A DNA stretch of 63,285 nt, counting the filler, from Octopus bimaculoides (Eukaryota): the NCBI RefSeq assembly GCF_001194135.2. It is 4 parts of 4 records of this genome, joined end to end, with 100 filler letters (N's around TTAATTAATTAA, not from the genome) between each part and the next. Parts side by side here need not be neighbours in the genome. Positions count along the whole stretch, not along the records: positions 18,461 to 36,559 come from NC_068988.1; positions 36,660 to 61,648 come from NC_068984.1; 2 more parts are not named here. One strand, written 5' to 3'. Positions 27,060 through 40,149 of this stretch are shown here, in pieces. The notes beneath the pieces were generated by a model. It made no database searches, was not told the DNA's origin, and saw only the letters and a list, made by a program, of their open reading frames with translations. The first letter of the stretch is position 1. Each line of letters opens with the position of its first letter. Both the position numbers and the translations under genes were made by a program.

Positions 27060-27275
27060 AGTGAGCTAGCAGAATCATTAGCACACCAGGCAAAATGCTT
27101 AGTGGCATTTCTTCCATCCTTATATTCTGAGTTCAAATTCTGCCAAGGTTTACTTTACTTTTCTTCCTTTCAGAGTCAATAAATTAAGCATTAGTTGAGC
27201 ATTGGGGCGATGTAATTGACTTACCCCTCCCCAAAAAATCCTGGCTTTGTGCCAAAATTTGAAACCCTTATATTT
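27060..27275 (+). mobile_element. Third SINE family copy
   Basis: GAGCTAGCAGAATCATTAGCACACCAGG...GAGTTCAAATTCTGCC...; aligns with 61416. Confidence 0.7.
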
Positions 27276-27559
27276 TGCTATCTCCCTTTATGCTCTTGTT
27301 CCAATGTAAAAGTTCATTACTCAGTGTGAGACCACAAGAGCAATGTCCATAAACTTTACAGGTCTTCTTAGTCATGTGAGATTGACTGATGTCCAGTTTA
27401 AACATTTTTTGCTTGATGCAAGTAAAGAATATATGGACCAATAGGGAGGAATCTAAAAGTTGAAATTGTGAGGAGAAAGGATTGGAGAAAAAAGCTGTTT
27501 AGTACTGTGTGTATGAATGTGAAACAGTAAGGATGTTAAGAGCTGAATGGTGAGTGTTA

Positions 27560-28330
27560 ACTTGTAGATGCGTCAATAGATTGCAATAGCTGGAGCTTTT
27601 ATTCAACTGTTAACATTGCTTTATTGATTCTCGAGTGAATCTTGTGAGAACTGACAATTGAGTAGGAGAACAAATATCCAATAGTCTTTACGGACAGAAG
27701 TTCTGCTAGTCTACACCATGATCCTGTAAATATTTGGGTTTGCATATTTCTCTGCCTGCCTGGGAAGTTCTGACTGAATTGTCATCAGTAGCACTAGTTT
27801 CCACTAAGACAGGTTGTATTGTTTCATTTGCACTTCATGGTCTACAGCTATTAACATCTTGTAGCTTCTCTGACACGCATGGTTGAATGACTCTTCAAAG
27901 TTCAGTTCATCATAGCTGGAAGCAAGATGCGGAGAATAATGACTGAGAGACAACAATGCTAAGTGCTCTGGATACCGATCCTTTATAAATGGCACCAGAA
28001 TCTGAATGGAGACTGTGTTTGTGTGGCTATCAGTGAACTCTACTCTGGCAACCTGAGGTGAGCTAGTTTCCCAGGACAGTTACATTCTCCACCTGATCTT
28101 CCTTTCTCAGGATGTGACAACGATGTAGAACAGAAGAGCTTGACTAACAGTGGATTGTCATGGAATTTTCCATTGAATCTAGTTTGTATCCATACAAAGC
28201 AAACACCAAAGAGAAGAAAGATAAAACATCTTTCTAATGTTTAGGGTCCCAACTGAAATTTCAAAGTGCTAGTTTCATAACTTGTTGCAAAGTCCCATTA
28301 GTTCTCTCTCGACTGGTCATTGATAGGGGT
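27560..28330 (-). pseudogene. Degenerate LINE APE endonuclease region (RTE-like)
   Basis: Minus frames give ISVGTLNIRKM (APE motif I-like) and SLSHYSPHLASSYDELNFEESFNHACQRSYKMLIAVD (YAP / GDFN region-like). Confidence 0.55.
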
Positions 28331-30042
28331 GAGTATAGTGTTGTATGCATTGTAATACTATTTGCTCTCAGAAACTCTTCTTCATTTATTTACTCAAATT
28401 GTGTCCTGCTATCTGAATGTAGATGAGAGGGTAATCCATACCTGGTGAAGAGTGATAGCAGGTGTGATCTATCACTATGTCTGATGACAAATCCTTGAAG
28501 TGAAGGTGAAGGGATACCTTCAATGTTCCTTAACTGTGACTTGAAGATACTGATTAGGTGAGTCTGAGGGCAAAGGCCCAACAGGAAAACACAAATACAG
28601 TAGCACTAGAGGAGAGCATCTTTAAATGCAGTTGGACCTATTCTGCTACAGCAGGTACTGCACCACCATCAGATAAAAACTTTCCAGGTGCAGATCCATG
28701 GTCTTTCAAGACCAAAGGATGTCATAGGAGGAATATATATATATATATATATATATATAACTGCATGTGTGAAAGGCAGTAAGGCAAAATGAAAGTAGAA
28801 TGGTAGCGTGTATCAGACAATACAGCTGTTTAGTAGTGAACTGTGTGGATGAGAGATCAATAAGACAAATGCTAGTCTGAAATAAATACTTAGGTTGATG
28901 TAATCAACTGAGACATTTGAATGCAGTGCATAAACATGACCTCTGTACAATAAATCATACAAGTAAAAGATTACAATGTTCTTTTACACAGTTTCTGTTT
29001 ACTAAATTCTATTCACAAGGCATTGGTCAACATGAAACTATAGAAGAAGATACTTGCCAAAAATGCAATGCAATGGGATTGAACTGAGAACCATATAACT
29101 GCAAAGCAAACTTCATAACCACATTGCCATGCCTTTACCAGTGAGTTACTTGCAAATTGCTCTACGACTGGCTTATATTTCACGATGCTTTAAAATGGAT
29201 TAACTGCAATCATTTGATCCAACAAATATTATTTATCAACTCAACACATTTTCAACTTCATAATTGACTAAACAAATGCTTTTATAAGTGGGTTACATTT
29301 CTCAATAGATTCTTGCCAGAAATGACAAGTTCATTTTTGTTTTTCTCTTAAGAATTCCACTTCTTGTTAAAGTTGACACTTAAATACTTTTCAGATTGTT
29401 GATAATTCAATAATGTGAATGTTTAGAATGTACTGCGATAATAAATTATTGTAATAAAGATTAATGGCAGAATATTAATAAAAGTAAGACAATTGTTAAT
29501 TGTGTGTTCAGATTATTCAATATTGAAAAGAAAATGTGATAAACATTAGAGTAGTGTGACAACAGACATTATGGTGTCTGTTATTTTCACAATCAATGTA
29601 TTCTAATTAGGTGAAAATAGATGTGATACGGGTTACTTTATGATATATGTGTACTGACATGTAGGACTAATTATGAAGTTTTAGAAAAGTGTATTGAATG
29701 TTTGATTGGAGATGGTGTTGGTATACCTCATTTACTGATGCTATGGGGAATAATCTCTTTGTTTCACTAAATGTAAGATATATCACAAGTGATTAGATTG
29801 TCACAAGAAAGAACCACAAGATAGATTCCTCAAGCTGAGCCTGTGGGATGAGGACTGAGGGGTATACCAAGAACGAGATGGTTGCAAAATAGTCATAGCC
29901 TCGGTTGGTCATGCTTGGGAATCCAGCTGGAAAATCTGATGGCAGTTACTTCAGATAAGACCCAATGGGGAAATTGCCTCTAGACTTTACACCCACAATC
30001 CTCCTAAGAATATTGGGTGGAGAAAATGGATAGATATATACG

Positions 30043-30090
<48 letters not shown>

Positions 30091-30174
30091 ACACCCAAAA
30101 TTTGGCAAAAGAATATAGTATCTGTTAACAATCTTAGCAAAATACTCACAGGTATAGATACTCATAGGTCATTT

Positions 30175-30215
<41 letters not shown>

Positions 30216-31185
30216 ATAAAGTATTTTCAATGGATCAGTTTTGAGCTCTATTTAAAGTTGATATATATGTNNNNNNNNNNNNNNNNNNNNNNNNNNNNNN
30301 NNNNNNNNNNNNNNNNNNNNNNNNNNNNNNNNNNNNNNNNNNNNNNNNNNNNNNNNNNNNNNNNNNNNNNNNNNNNNNNNNNNNNNNNNNNNNNNNNNNN
30401 NNNNNNNNNNNNNNNNNNNNNNNNNNNNNNNNNNNNNNNNNNNNNNNNNNNNNNNNNNNNNNNNNNNNNNNNNNNNNNNNNNNNNNNNNNNNNNNNNNNN
30501 NNNNNNNNNNNNNNNNNNNNNNNNNNNNNNNNNNNNNNNNNNNNNNNNNNNNNNNNNNNNNNNNNNNNNNNNNNNNNNNNNNNNNNNNNNNNNNNNNNNN
30601 NNNNNNNNNNNNNNNNNNNNNNNNNNNNNNNNNNNNNNNNNNNNNNNNNNNNNNNNNNNNNNNNNNNNNNNNNNNNNNNNNNNNNNNNNNNNNNNNNNNN
30701 NNNNNNNNNNNNNNNNNNNNNNNNNNNNNNNNNNNNNNNNNNNNNNNNNNNNNNNNNNNNNNNNNNNNNNNNNNNNNNNNNNNNNNNNNNNNNNNNNNNN
30801 NNNNNNNNNNNNNNNNNNNNNNNNNNNNNNNNNNNNNNNNNNNNNNNNNNNNNNNNNNNNNNNNNNNNNNNNNNNNNNNNNNNNNNNNNNNNNNNNNNNN
30901 NNNNNNNNNNNNNNNNNNNNNNNNNNNNNNNNNNNNNNNNNNNNNNNNNNNNNNNNNNNNNNNNNNNNNNNNNNNNNNNNNNNNNNNNNNNNNNNNNNNN
31001 NNNNNNNNNNNNNNNNNNNNNNNNNNNNNNNNNNNNNNNNNNNNNNNNNNNNNNNNNNNNNNNNNNNNNNNNNNNNNNNNNNNNNNNNNNNNNNNNNNNN
31101 NNNNNNNNNNNNNNNNNNNNNNNNNNNNNNNNNNNNNNNNNNNNNNNNNNNNNNNNNNNNNTATATATATATATATATATATATG

Positions 31186-31746
31186 AACGGCTGAGTGTGC
31201 GACCAGGTAGACAAACTTGTCTACCACTTTTAGAAATTTTCCTTTAACTAGAATAGCTGGTTCCATATATGGATTACCTGGTGCAGGCTGGAACATTACA
31301 ACAGTCTTGTCCAGGCTAATGCTGATTCCAAATGCCTTGCAAGAAGCAGAAATACGATTCATAAGTATTTGCATGTCATCCATTGTATGAGTGACTAAGT
31401 CGCAGTCATCTGCGTAAAGGAGGTCATGAATAAGAGACTGAAAAACTTTTGAATTGGCAGCAAATCGGCACAGATTAAAGAGGCATCCAGGAAATTAATA
31501 TATGATATATATTCCCAGAGAGCTATCCTTAGCAAAAGCATGAGTAAAAGCAGCAGCAAAGTACAAAGAAGAGAGAGTTGGGGTAAGGATGTCACCCTGC
31601 TTGACACCATTCTCTACAGGAATGGGTCCTGCCATGCCACCACCAACATTGACCCAATCCTCCATCCCATCATAAAATGATTTAATTATAGATACAAAGT
31701 GTTCTGGACATCCAAGTTTGCCAAATATTTTCTATACAAAAGCCCT
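31186..31746 (-). pseudogene. RTE-clade reverse transcriptase fragment
   Basis: KLGCPEHFVSIIKSFYDG...NGVKQGDILTPTL...LLYADDCDLV...ISLDKTVVM...VDKFVYL; YADD motif; one in-frame stop. Confidence 0.92.
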
Positions 31747-32052
31747 AAGACCTGTGATATGCAGGAGACTGACTGGGAGTACAATGCCAGTCATTGCAAC
31801 AGATAGAGGATGCAGGTGAAGGAGGGGGTCAACACTTCTGAGAGAGCACGTATTCAGCATGAAGAACTTAAGTGTGCTGCTTGAAAGTGCACTGCTGGTG
31901 TAGTGAATGGGGAAAGCTTGGTCTGCAATGTTTGCAGTTGTTTATGCTTGTCAAGAGCTGCAAATGCAAGATATAAGTTAGTCCTAGAGTGCACAATGTT
32001 CCTGAAGATCAGCAATGGTCTTCCTCGGTCACGAGTGGAGAGCCATCATCAT
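31738..32052 (+). mobile_element. RTE LINE 3' end, opposite orientation to the adjacent RT fragment
   Basis: CDMQETDWE...RMQVKEGV...LVCNVC..CLSRA, then a short UTR ending GCCATCATCATA. Confidence 0.75.
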
Positions 32053-32064
32053 ATAAACATATAT

Positions 32065-32104
<40 letters not shown>

Positions 32105-32111
32105 ATAGATA

Positions 32112-32249
32112 TACAGTAGTACCTTGGTTTTCGAACAACTCTGATCACAAATAAATCGTGATTTATATATATATATGTATCTTGATGTAGATATATATAA
32201 AGCATGATTTATTCCTGATCAGAGGTGTTTGTAAACCGGTGCTACTGTA
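32112..32249. mobile_element. pogo/Tigger-like MITE
   Basis: TA-CAGTAGTACCTTGGTTTTCGAAC ... GTTTGTAAACCGGTGCTACTG-TA. Confidence 0.6.
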
Positions 32250-32328
32250 TTCAAATGAATATGAGAAAGACAGGAGATAAAGCATGATTTATTCGTGATT
32301 ACAGTTGTTCAAAAACTGAGGTACTACT

Positions 32329-32405
<77 letters not shown>

Positions 32406-32438
32406 GTATGTCTGTATGCATGCATGTATGTATGTGTA

Positions 32439-33530
32439 TACAGAGTGCATCAGATATTTGAGGACACATTTATGTTTATAAAAAACAGATAACTTTATTT
32501 ATCAAAAAATGCTATGATGATAAAAATAAACCTTTTTTTCTATAATGTTATTCAATAAATCCACCTTCAGCTTCAACAACTGCTTCTGTATGAGATCTAA
32601 ATCATCTACATGCTCGATTCAAGTGGTCCTTGTTTATTTTGGACATTACTCTGACTATGGCAGCTTTCAGAGAATCTTTAGTATTACGGGCGTGTTCATT
32701 GACCTCTCTCTCTCAACAACGCTCCACATGTAATAGTCCAACGGATTGAGATCAAGGGAATTAAGAGGCCAAATGTTAGGGGTTATGTGATCATAAAAAT
32801 TTTCAGCCATCCATTCCTGTGTTACTAAAGCCATGTATGATTGTGTAGAGTCTTACTGTATGCAGCAGAGTTAAGTCTAATGCCTTGTGGAAAAAAGTAA
32901 GGAGGCATCACATGTCCTTCATTGCAGACAACCCCTAAAACCACGACAGTTGCAGGAAAGTTTGTATGCATAACACTTGAAACTTCAGAATGGTCTGCAC
33001 ATAACCATCTTTCATTTCTTCTGTTAACTTTTTGATTTTGGTAAAAGTTTTTCCCATTTAAGAAAACCAAATCAAATCTTCTACTGGATTTTTCAGTTTA
33101 TTTAAGAGCCTTTTAGATCTGTTGAAGTGATTTTCTTTTGCTTTTTCTGACAAATTGACCATTCCTCATCATATAAGACTTGCATCTGATGTCCTCGTAG
33201 ACAACATTTCTGATTGTTCCTTCTGACACATGGAGATCTTTGGCAACTGACCTCATAGACTTTCTGAGATTGAAATGGACTTTCTGAACTTGCTGGATAA
33301 ATTCAGATGTTCTGATGATTTCAGAGTGTTTTGAATGCTTTTTATGCTTTGATATTGGTGATACATTTCCATCTTCACTCTCTAGCTCCTTACAAACTTT
33401 GTAGGAGAAAGATCTGGCAACTTTTAAAAACTAAGATATTTTTAAATCACTATGCTCACAATAAAAGCATGTCTCTTCATTTCTTGAGTAAGCTGATGGT
33501 CTGCTATTAATATTTTCTGAAACAAAGATT
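32439..33530 (-). mobile_element. Defective Tc1/mariner DD37D (maT-like) transposon
   Basis: Minus frames: QEMKRHA...; KNFYQNQKVNRRNERW...HTNFPATVVVLGVVCNEGHVMPP; IWPLNSLDLNPLDYYMWSVVE...VEAEGGFIE*; TA-CAG terminus; internal deletion. Confidence 0.85.
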
Positions 33531-33639
33531 ATNNNNNNNNNNATATATATATGTATATATATAAATGTGCATTTATAAAGAGCTTTCTCAATGTGGACCC
33601 AACATGAACCCAAAAGAGGGACAAGCTATTCTATTTGAC

Positions 33640-33830
33640 TACAGTTTAATATACTATGCAATTAAGTCTATGCAGACAGGAAAAGACCCTGATTTGCCAA
33701 GAATCACCATGGAGATGTTTAAAGTATCAGCGGTTTAGATTATGGCCAATTCACCAGCATAGTCACTCATGACATACTGCTGTAATTAGAATAGGTCATA
33801 CTGGATAATGTTCTACTAGATTATATGTGA
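33640..33830 (+). pseudogene. RTE-like RT N-terminal fragment
   Basis: AIKSMQTGKDPDLPRITMEMFK resembles AIK.MK.GKAPG...I..EMFK. Confidence 0.55.
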
Positions 33831-33933
33831 AAAAAGGTTGAGAAGATCATGTTTCAAACACCTTTAAGCATAGACCAGCTCAGCTCATTGAACACAGAAA
33901 TGAGACTCAACAAAAACAATAACAATTACAACT

Positions 33934-34149
33934 AAGAGTGGGTGCTGAAAAGTCCCTGGCTTTGGGTAAAAGAAAATACAGGAGAATCAGTGAATTATAA
34001 TTTTATTGAACACATTCCCGTCTCAGATCATTACATATTGCAGCAGTCCCTCAGTTTCCTAAGCCTTGTAAAAGAACTCAGAAGTTTGGGCCCCTAACTA
34101 GGCTTTTCGTGATACCCTTAAAGCTGGGAACTTTTCAGCACTCCCTCAT
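33934..34149. mobile_element. mariner-derived MITE
   Basis: 28-bp inverted ends GAGTGGGTGCTGAAAAGTCCCTGGCTTT and AAAGCTGGGAACTTTTCAGCACTCCCTC. Confidence 0.75.
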
Positions 34150-34849
34150 TTACTAGTGGAAACAAACTTCAGAGAAATCACTTATGTAATAGACAAATGG
34201 AATTATTTAGCAATTCTTGTCTTGTTATTTTTAGATGGAAATTAAGAAAATAACATCATTTTCTCCACTCAAAAACTAGGCATTGTAGAAGTGAAATAGA
34301 AAAAAGAATATCAACTGCAAAATAAAACCAATAGCAAAAACAATCTTTGAGATTTAAACGAACACAGAAAATTGTAAAGAGAAATACAATTACCATGACA
34401 GCTATGAAAACTTTATCTACTTAAAAATTCTAAGCTAATATATTTAAATTAAGGATATACTGAACTTCTCGGCAAATATTTCCAGGTCTGCTGTCTACTG
34501 CAAATCCTTAGAAATTTCGATTCCTGTACCAAATCTAATTGAATTTTTTCTACTTCATTTTCTCCACTTTATATTCTATACCTATACAAATGTTGCTTTC
34601 CATATCATTCAATACTCAATAAAAGCTCAATCGTTCTAATTGAATACACAAATATATATCTTTTATTCACTACCAAACCAACATAAAAGGATACTTGGGA
34701 GTCAGCAACTCTTTACTCTCATCTACCTCTTCCTCTTAATCTCTTTTTATATATCTGTGTGATGTATAATATGTGTATTGATACATAGACACACATTATA
34801 CATATAAATATATTAACTATACATATGTGTGTGTGTATACATACATATA

Positions 34850-34899
<50 letters not shown>

Positions 34900-35149
34900 T
34901 AAACACACATATGTATCATATTTTATATGTGATAAAGTGATAAATAAAGTAAAAATATCTTTTAAGAAAATGGTACTCGATACAAAACTATAGAGCAAGG
35001 TATTCATTCATATTTGGAAAGCAATATATAAAAATATGGCGCCAGAGTTAGTGTTTCAGCACAAAACCTCTGCTAACCTAGTTTCATATTTCTTACCATC
35101 ATATTACTTTCTTTCTTTCTCTTTTGTTTCTGATTGTATGTATGTATGT

Positions 35150-35198
<49 letters not shown>

Positions 35199-35246
35199 TA
35201 GGTAGACAGACAGATAGAAAACTGTTACAATCAACGAGAAAATGTA

Positions 35247-35459
35247 TCCCAACCAACTTTTGTATGCACAATTTGTGACAGACTATGCCTTTATTTTCCT
35301 GGGCTCAAATCTCATCTGCAGACCCATGAAAAGCAAACTTCCACCCACTACTCTGTCTATCTATCTGTACATATCTGTCAATGCCATGTATGCCATAAGA
35401 TATGCAAATCTAATGGAGGCCTCAAAAGACATTTTAAGATCCACAACGATCGAACTTAA
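35247..35459 (+). pseudogene. Two C2H2-like zinc fingers, probably an RTE LINE C-terminus
   Basis: In one frame: CTICDRLCLYFPGLKSHLQTH and CHVCHKICKSNGGLKRHFKIH, stop at 35457; no TGEKP linker. Confidence 0.6.
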
Positions 35460-35612
35460 CTGCAATTATTGTGGTCCAAAGCAGATATGCAATTTACATG
35501 GGTAGCTTTCCAAAACATTGTCTAATTTAGAAAGATACATCAAATGCCATGATAGATTTAAGGTGTAAGTACAAGGGGTGATCAAACTCTGCATAAGGAG
35601 TAGACAACCAGC

Positions 35613-35653
<41 letters not shown>

Positions 35654-35741
35654 ATAGATAGATAGATAAATGGATGGACAGATGGATGGACAGACAGACA
35701 GACAGTCAGACACACACACATGCACGCATGCATGCATGCAT

Positions 35742-35779
<38 letters not shown>

Positions 35780-36056
35780 CAATAGATATACATGCATGCA
35801 TACTTCATTACACCCACTTTTCCATGCCTGCATGGCTCAGATAGAGTTTATTGGGGCAGATTTCCTACAATCAGATGAACTTTTTGTCAGCAACAACCAC
35901 CCTTGTCACAGAATGGTAATATTTTCCCCTATGTTCAGTCATGTTTTTTCAGCATATTGGAAATGAAAGACACTGCTTGTATAACAGTGACATTCATTTA
36001 CAACTGTCATGGAGTGTCAAGACAAAGAGATACAAACATACACTCTAACACACATG

Positions 36057-36091
<35 letters not shown>

Positions 36092-36659
36092 ACACCCACA
36101 CACACATATATATCATAAATCCTCGAGTATAGTCCACACTTGAGTATAATACGCAGGTGAGTTTTAGGGGGCTGTATGTCTGAAAAACCTAAACCTTGTG
36201 TATAATTCACAACCCTTCTCTAACTTGAGTCAAGGAGGTCTATATAACGTCCTTGGTTTGTAAACATATATACAGTAACGTCCTTTATTATTATTGTATA
36301 TATAACAATGCAAACGTGTAGCTTTTTTGTGCACTTTGTTAGCAGAAAATATAGAAATAACAGCAATAACGTCAGTGAAAAATAAATATTAAATAAATTG
36401 CCTTTACATATTTATCACTATCAGTTACGAATAAACATTGCCGGACAGCGAATAGAGACTGGGACGTTGCTTAGAAAATATTTTTCATTTTTAAACTCAT
36501 ATATAGTACGCACTAGGAATTTTAGCCTTTAAATTTTGGGAAAAAAATGCGGATTATACNNNNNNNNNNNNNNNNNNNNNNNNNNNNNNNNNNNNNNNNN
36601 NNNTTAATTAATTAANNNNNNNNNNNNNNNNNNNNNNNNNNNNNNNNNNNNNNNNNNNN

Positions 36660-36724
<65 letters not shown>

Positions 36725-36728
36725 TATT

Positions 36729-37075
36729 TTATGTTTGACTTTTGTTTTGCATTTGTTCAAGTTAGATCCAAGTCTCACCCAGAGACCTCAAGAGACAACA
36801 AGTTAGAAGTTCATGTAGGTGTTATGCCTAGGGTACCATATATTTGGATTTGTACATAGTGTTGTTCTAGAGAATGTTTAAGAAAATTGTGTTTGTTTTA
36901 AAATTGGAGATCACATAGACACTATTTTATGTAGGATATGGACATTTCCCATGAGCACTATCTTTTGAACTTCAGCCATTTTGGGGTTTCCTGGTATCTG
37001 AGCTAGGTAAATCCGGCGATCCCTTAATTTTCTACTGTCCTAATTAAACTTGCGGCGTTTGATGTCAATTAGGAA
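36729..37075 (-). mobile_element. RLE-type (R4/Dong/NeSL-like) non-LTR 3' end next to (TAA)n
   Basis: MAEVQKIVLMGNVHILHKIVSM* resembles the IQK.VLLGT..ILRK C-terminus of RLE elements; 3'UTR runs into the ATT repeat at 36660. Confidence 0.6.
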
Positions 37076-37084
37076 AGTATTGTT

Positions 37085-37225
37085 AATGAGTTGAAATTCC
37101 GCCGAGATCAATTTTGCCTTTTATTCTTACGCGATCCATAACATAAGTACCTGTTGAGTATTACTGTCGATGTAATCTACTGATACCCTGATCCAAAATC
37201 GCTGGCCTTGTGCCAAAATTTGAAA
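37085..37225 (-). mobile_element. Third SINE family fragment
   Basis: Minus orientation inferred from the terminal TGGCCTTGTGCCAAAATTTGAAA and flanking layout; body aligns with 27060 and 37266. Orientation needs confirming by alignment. Confidence 0.4.
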
Positions 37226-37265
37226 TCACCATCATCATTATTATTATTATTATCATTATTATTAA

Positions 37266-37465
37266 TGTGGCGAGTTGGCAGAATCGTTAGCACGCCGGGC
37301 AAAATACTTTGCATCATTTATCCTGTCCTTAGGTTCTGGGTTGAAATTCTACCGAGGTCGACTTTGTCTTTTATCCTTTCGGGCTTGATTAAACAATTAG
37401 CAGTTACTCACTGGGCTCGATAGAATCGACTGGTTCCCACCTACCAAAATTTCTGTTCTTGTGCT
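37266..37465 (+). mobile_element. Third SINE family copy
   Basis: GGCGAGTTGGCAGAATCGTTAGCACGCCGGGCAAAATACTT...CCGAGGTCGACTTTG. Confidence 0.8.
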
Positions 37466-39137
37466 TATAGTAGAATGGATTATTACAATTGTTGTTGTTG
37501 ATGCGGTGGTGGTTGCTGCTGCTATTGTCATTGTCATTGTTGTTGATGTTATTATTATTATAGGTAGTAGCAGCAGTAGTAATTTTATTAACTTTGACTA
37601 CTGTCATTACTATTACTAATATTATTATCAGTATTGTTGTTGTTGGTAATGTTGGTGGTGGTGGCGGCATCGGTGGCGGCGCTGGCGGTGGTGGTGGAGG
37701 AGTCGGTAGTCGTAGTAGTAGTAGTTGTTCTCGTCATACTTACGAAGGTGCAAATAGGAATTTCAAGAGACAGAGAAAAAGAAGAATTGAAAAGTTTCCA
37801 TGTGGGATTAACAATATATGCATATATATATATATATATATATATATGCTTGTAGAAAGGTGTGTTGATAGATGCTGAAGAATCTTTATCAAATTTATGG
37901 GCCAGCAACTGAATCAGAATTCTAATGCTATCCAGCCTTACCTATGCAGAAGTTGTCTTTATGACCAGTGTGAATGCCAGATTAATAATCGCCATAAGAG
38001 ACAAGGGCAAAGATTTAATGTATAATATATTACTTGCTTCATCTGCTTGGAAGAACCTTGCAAAAGATCAATAGAATTTAGTTGGGTAATAATTGCCAAA
38101 ATCCAATTGATCTTCACTGCTACGAAGAAATTAACATTGAATACAGATGCTGAATGTAAATTATTATTATTGCTAGTAAGTATTCTATCCCATGTGAATA
38201 TTAATATTTGAGAAGTGGTTATCAGAAATGTTTAGCGTCTTTATCCAATATATATGAACGGGTTTCTTTTTATTTATGATGATGTACAAATGGAGCCTAA
38301 AAATTTGCTGAAAGCAGAGAAACTTACAACGCTCACTGAATACATACAACACGCTCATTGAATACTAAACCATTGGATGAATAGCGAAAATAATCAATTT
38401 ATTTGAGGAAATACTCAATCCTTTTAGAGTGAAATTGGAATGTGTATTGAAATTCTGTGGCATAGAATTTTGATAAAATTTTAACCTTTCAGTAAAATGA
38501 AAATGTTGATACATTTTTAAATTTGATATGAATATATTGCCTACGAGGCAGTTTTCATGCTTTTAACAGATTACGCACAATCATTATACAATTTCAGCAA
38601 ATTTTAAATTTGTTCATTCATAAAAAAAGTTTCAATCCTTAAAATATTAAGTTGATTTCCAAATACTATTAATAAAATATCTTCCAATTGATTAAAATTA
38701 CCTATTTTACGTTGGAAATTGTTTCTCAAATGTTGTTGCTCAATGAATATTGCACACCAACATCTACTTCATAATTCTTTTATTATTTTTGCTTTCATGT
38801 ATTATCAGACAGTGCAAAACAATTTACAATAATGCATTGCCAACAGAAAATGCCAGGATCATACAAATACACGCATTTCTAACGAAATATAAGTATAAGA
38901 CAGTTACACAAACATGCACAGACCCACACATACACTTATATTTCTACAGGATTATATGTACTTCTACTTTAAAATATTCGTGTGTGTTCACGCGTAAACG
39001 TGCGCGTCTCCGTGTATTGTTATTTGTTTTAATGGCATCTGTGTTTTCAGACATATAGAAATATATTCTCATGCATGTACATATGTAGTTGTGAATATAC
39101 ATAGACATATACGCTGTAGAACAGACATACACACACA

Positions 39138-39205
<68 letters not shown>

Positions 39206-40149
39206 AAAAGAATAGCACATTTATGGCAAATAAACGTACATGAATTTAGCATAATAATGTAGATGAAATTCCCGACCGACAACAATGCTCAGCAACCAAA
39301 CACAGGTTATCAGCACAATAATGTTAATTAAGAAATCAAGATGGTTGTGTTGTTTATAATGCCGTAGACTGTGATGGACTTCTTGAAAAACCCTTTCTTG
39401 TAAACGACAAATAGAGAAAACCATCGAAATTCTATTATTGTTTGACGAAATTCCGTCAATACACCGGAATATGGCACTACAATACCACATCATAAAATAT
39501 TTATATATACATATATCAACGTCCATGTACATATATGTGTGTGTGTATGTGTGTATATATGCAATAATTATAAGGATAGACAATATGGAGACGGATGCTT
39601 ATACAGAATTTATTTCCTTTTATTTTACAATGTCACAAGCATATTTTTATGGCTACGACTCAGGCGTGTTGCCACTACACCACAGAGTATGGGCAGTTGC
39701 AGATGCAACCGAGCATAATTTGCTCGCAATATCGTTCAGGGTTCTTAACCAGCTTGAGTCAAAGTGAACTGAATTCAGTTAGTCGTATTGTCGGTTAGTG
39801 TTGTTTTGAATCTGAAATCGAATCTGGTTGTAAATTTGAATTGTTGACCTCAGCTTCCCACAAGTCAGGATTCTATCTAATTAGGTCAAAGTTTTTGTTT
39901 CTGTTTTGGCAGGTTTTTTGTGTATTGTAGTAGACGGGGACTTAATAAAATCGCTTTCAAGTATAGTTCTTATAATGTATTTTATTTTAGTGTGCTTCAG
40001 GTGTATGCAATGTTCTTAGGTATTCGTATATTTTCGTCGCTGTGGTGTTTATTATTCTGGATAGTGGACAGAAAATGAATATATACTAGGTTAGTGAGGA
40101 AGCGAGTATATGATTGAGGACTTCAGGAAATTTGCTTCTATCCTTGCTT

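Noticed and set aside
36604-36615. TTAATTAATTAA as a biological motif
   Set aside because: Identical placement between 44-N runs at three sites marks it as an assembly spacer.
37940-38150. Minus exon candidate with donor TAG|GTAAGG
   Set aside because: All frames close before the donor.
39221-39798. ORFs with a TM-like stretch or a GYDSGV motif
   Set aside because: No convincing splice sites; the sugar-transporter resemblance is only six residues.
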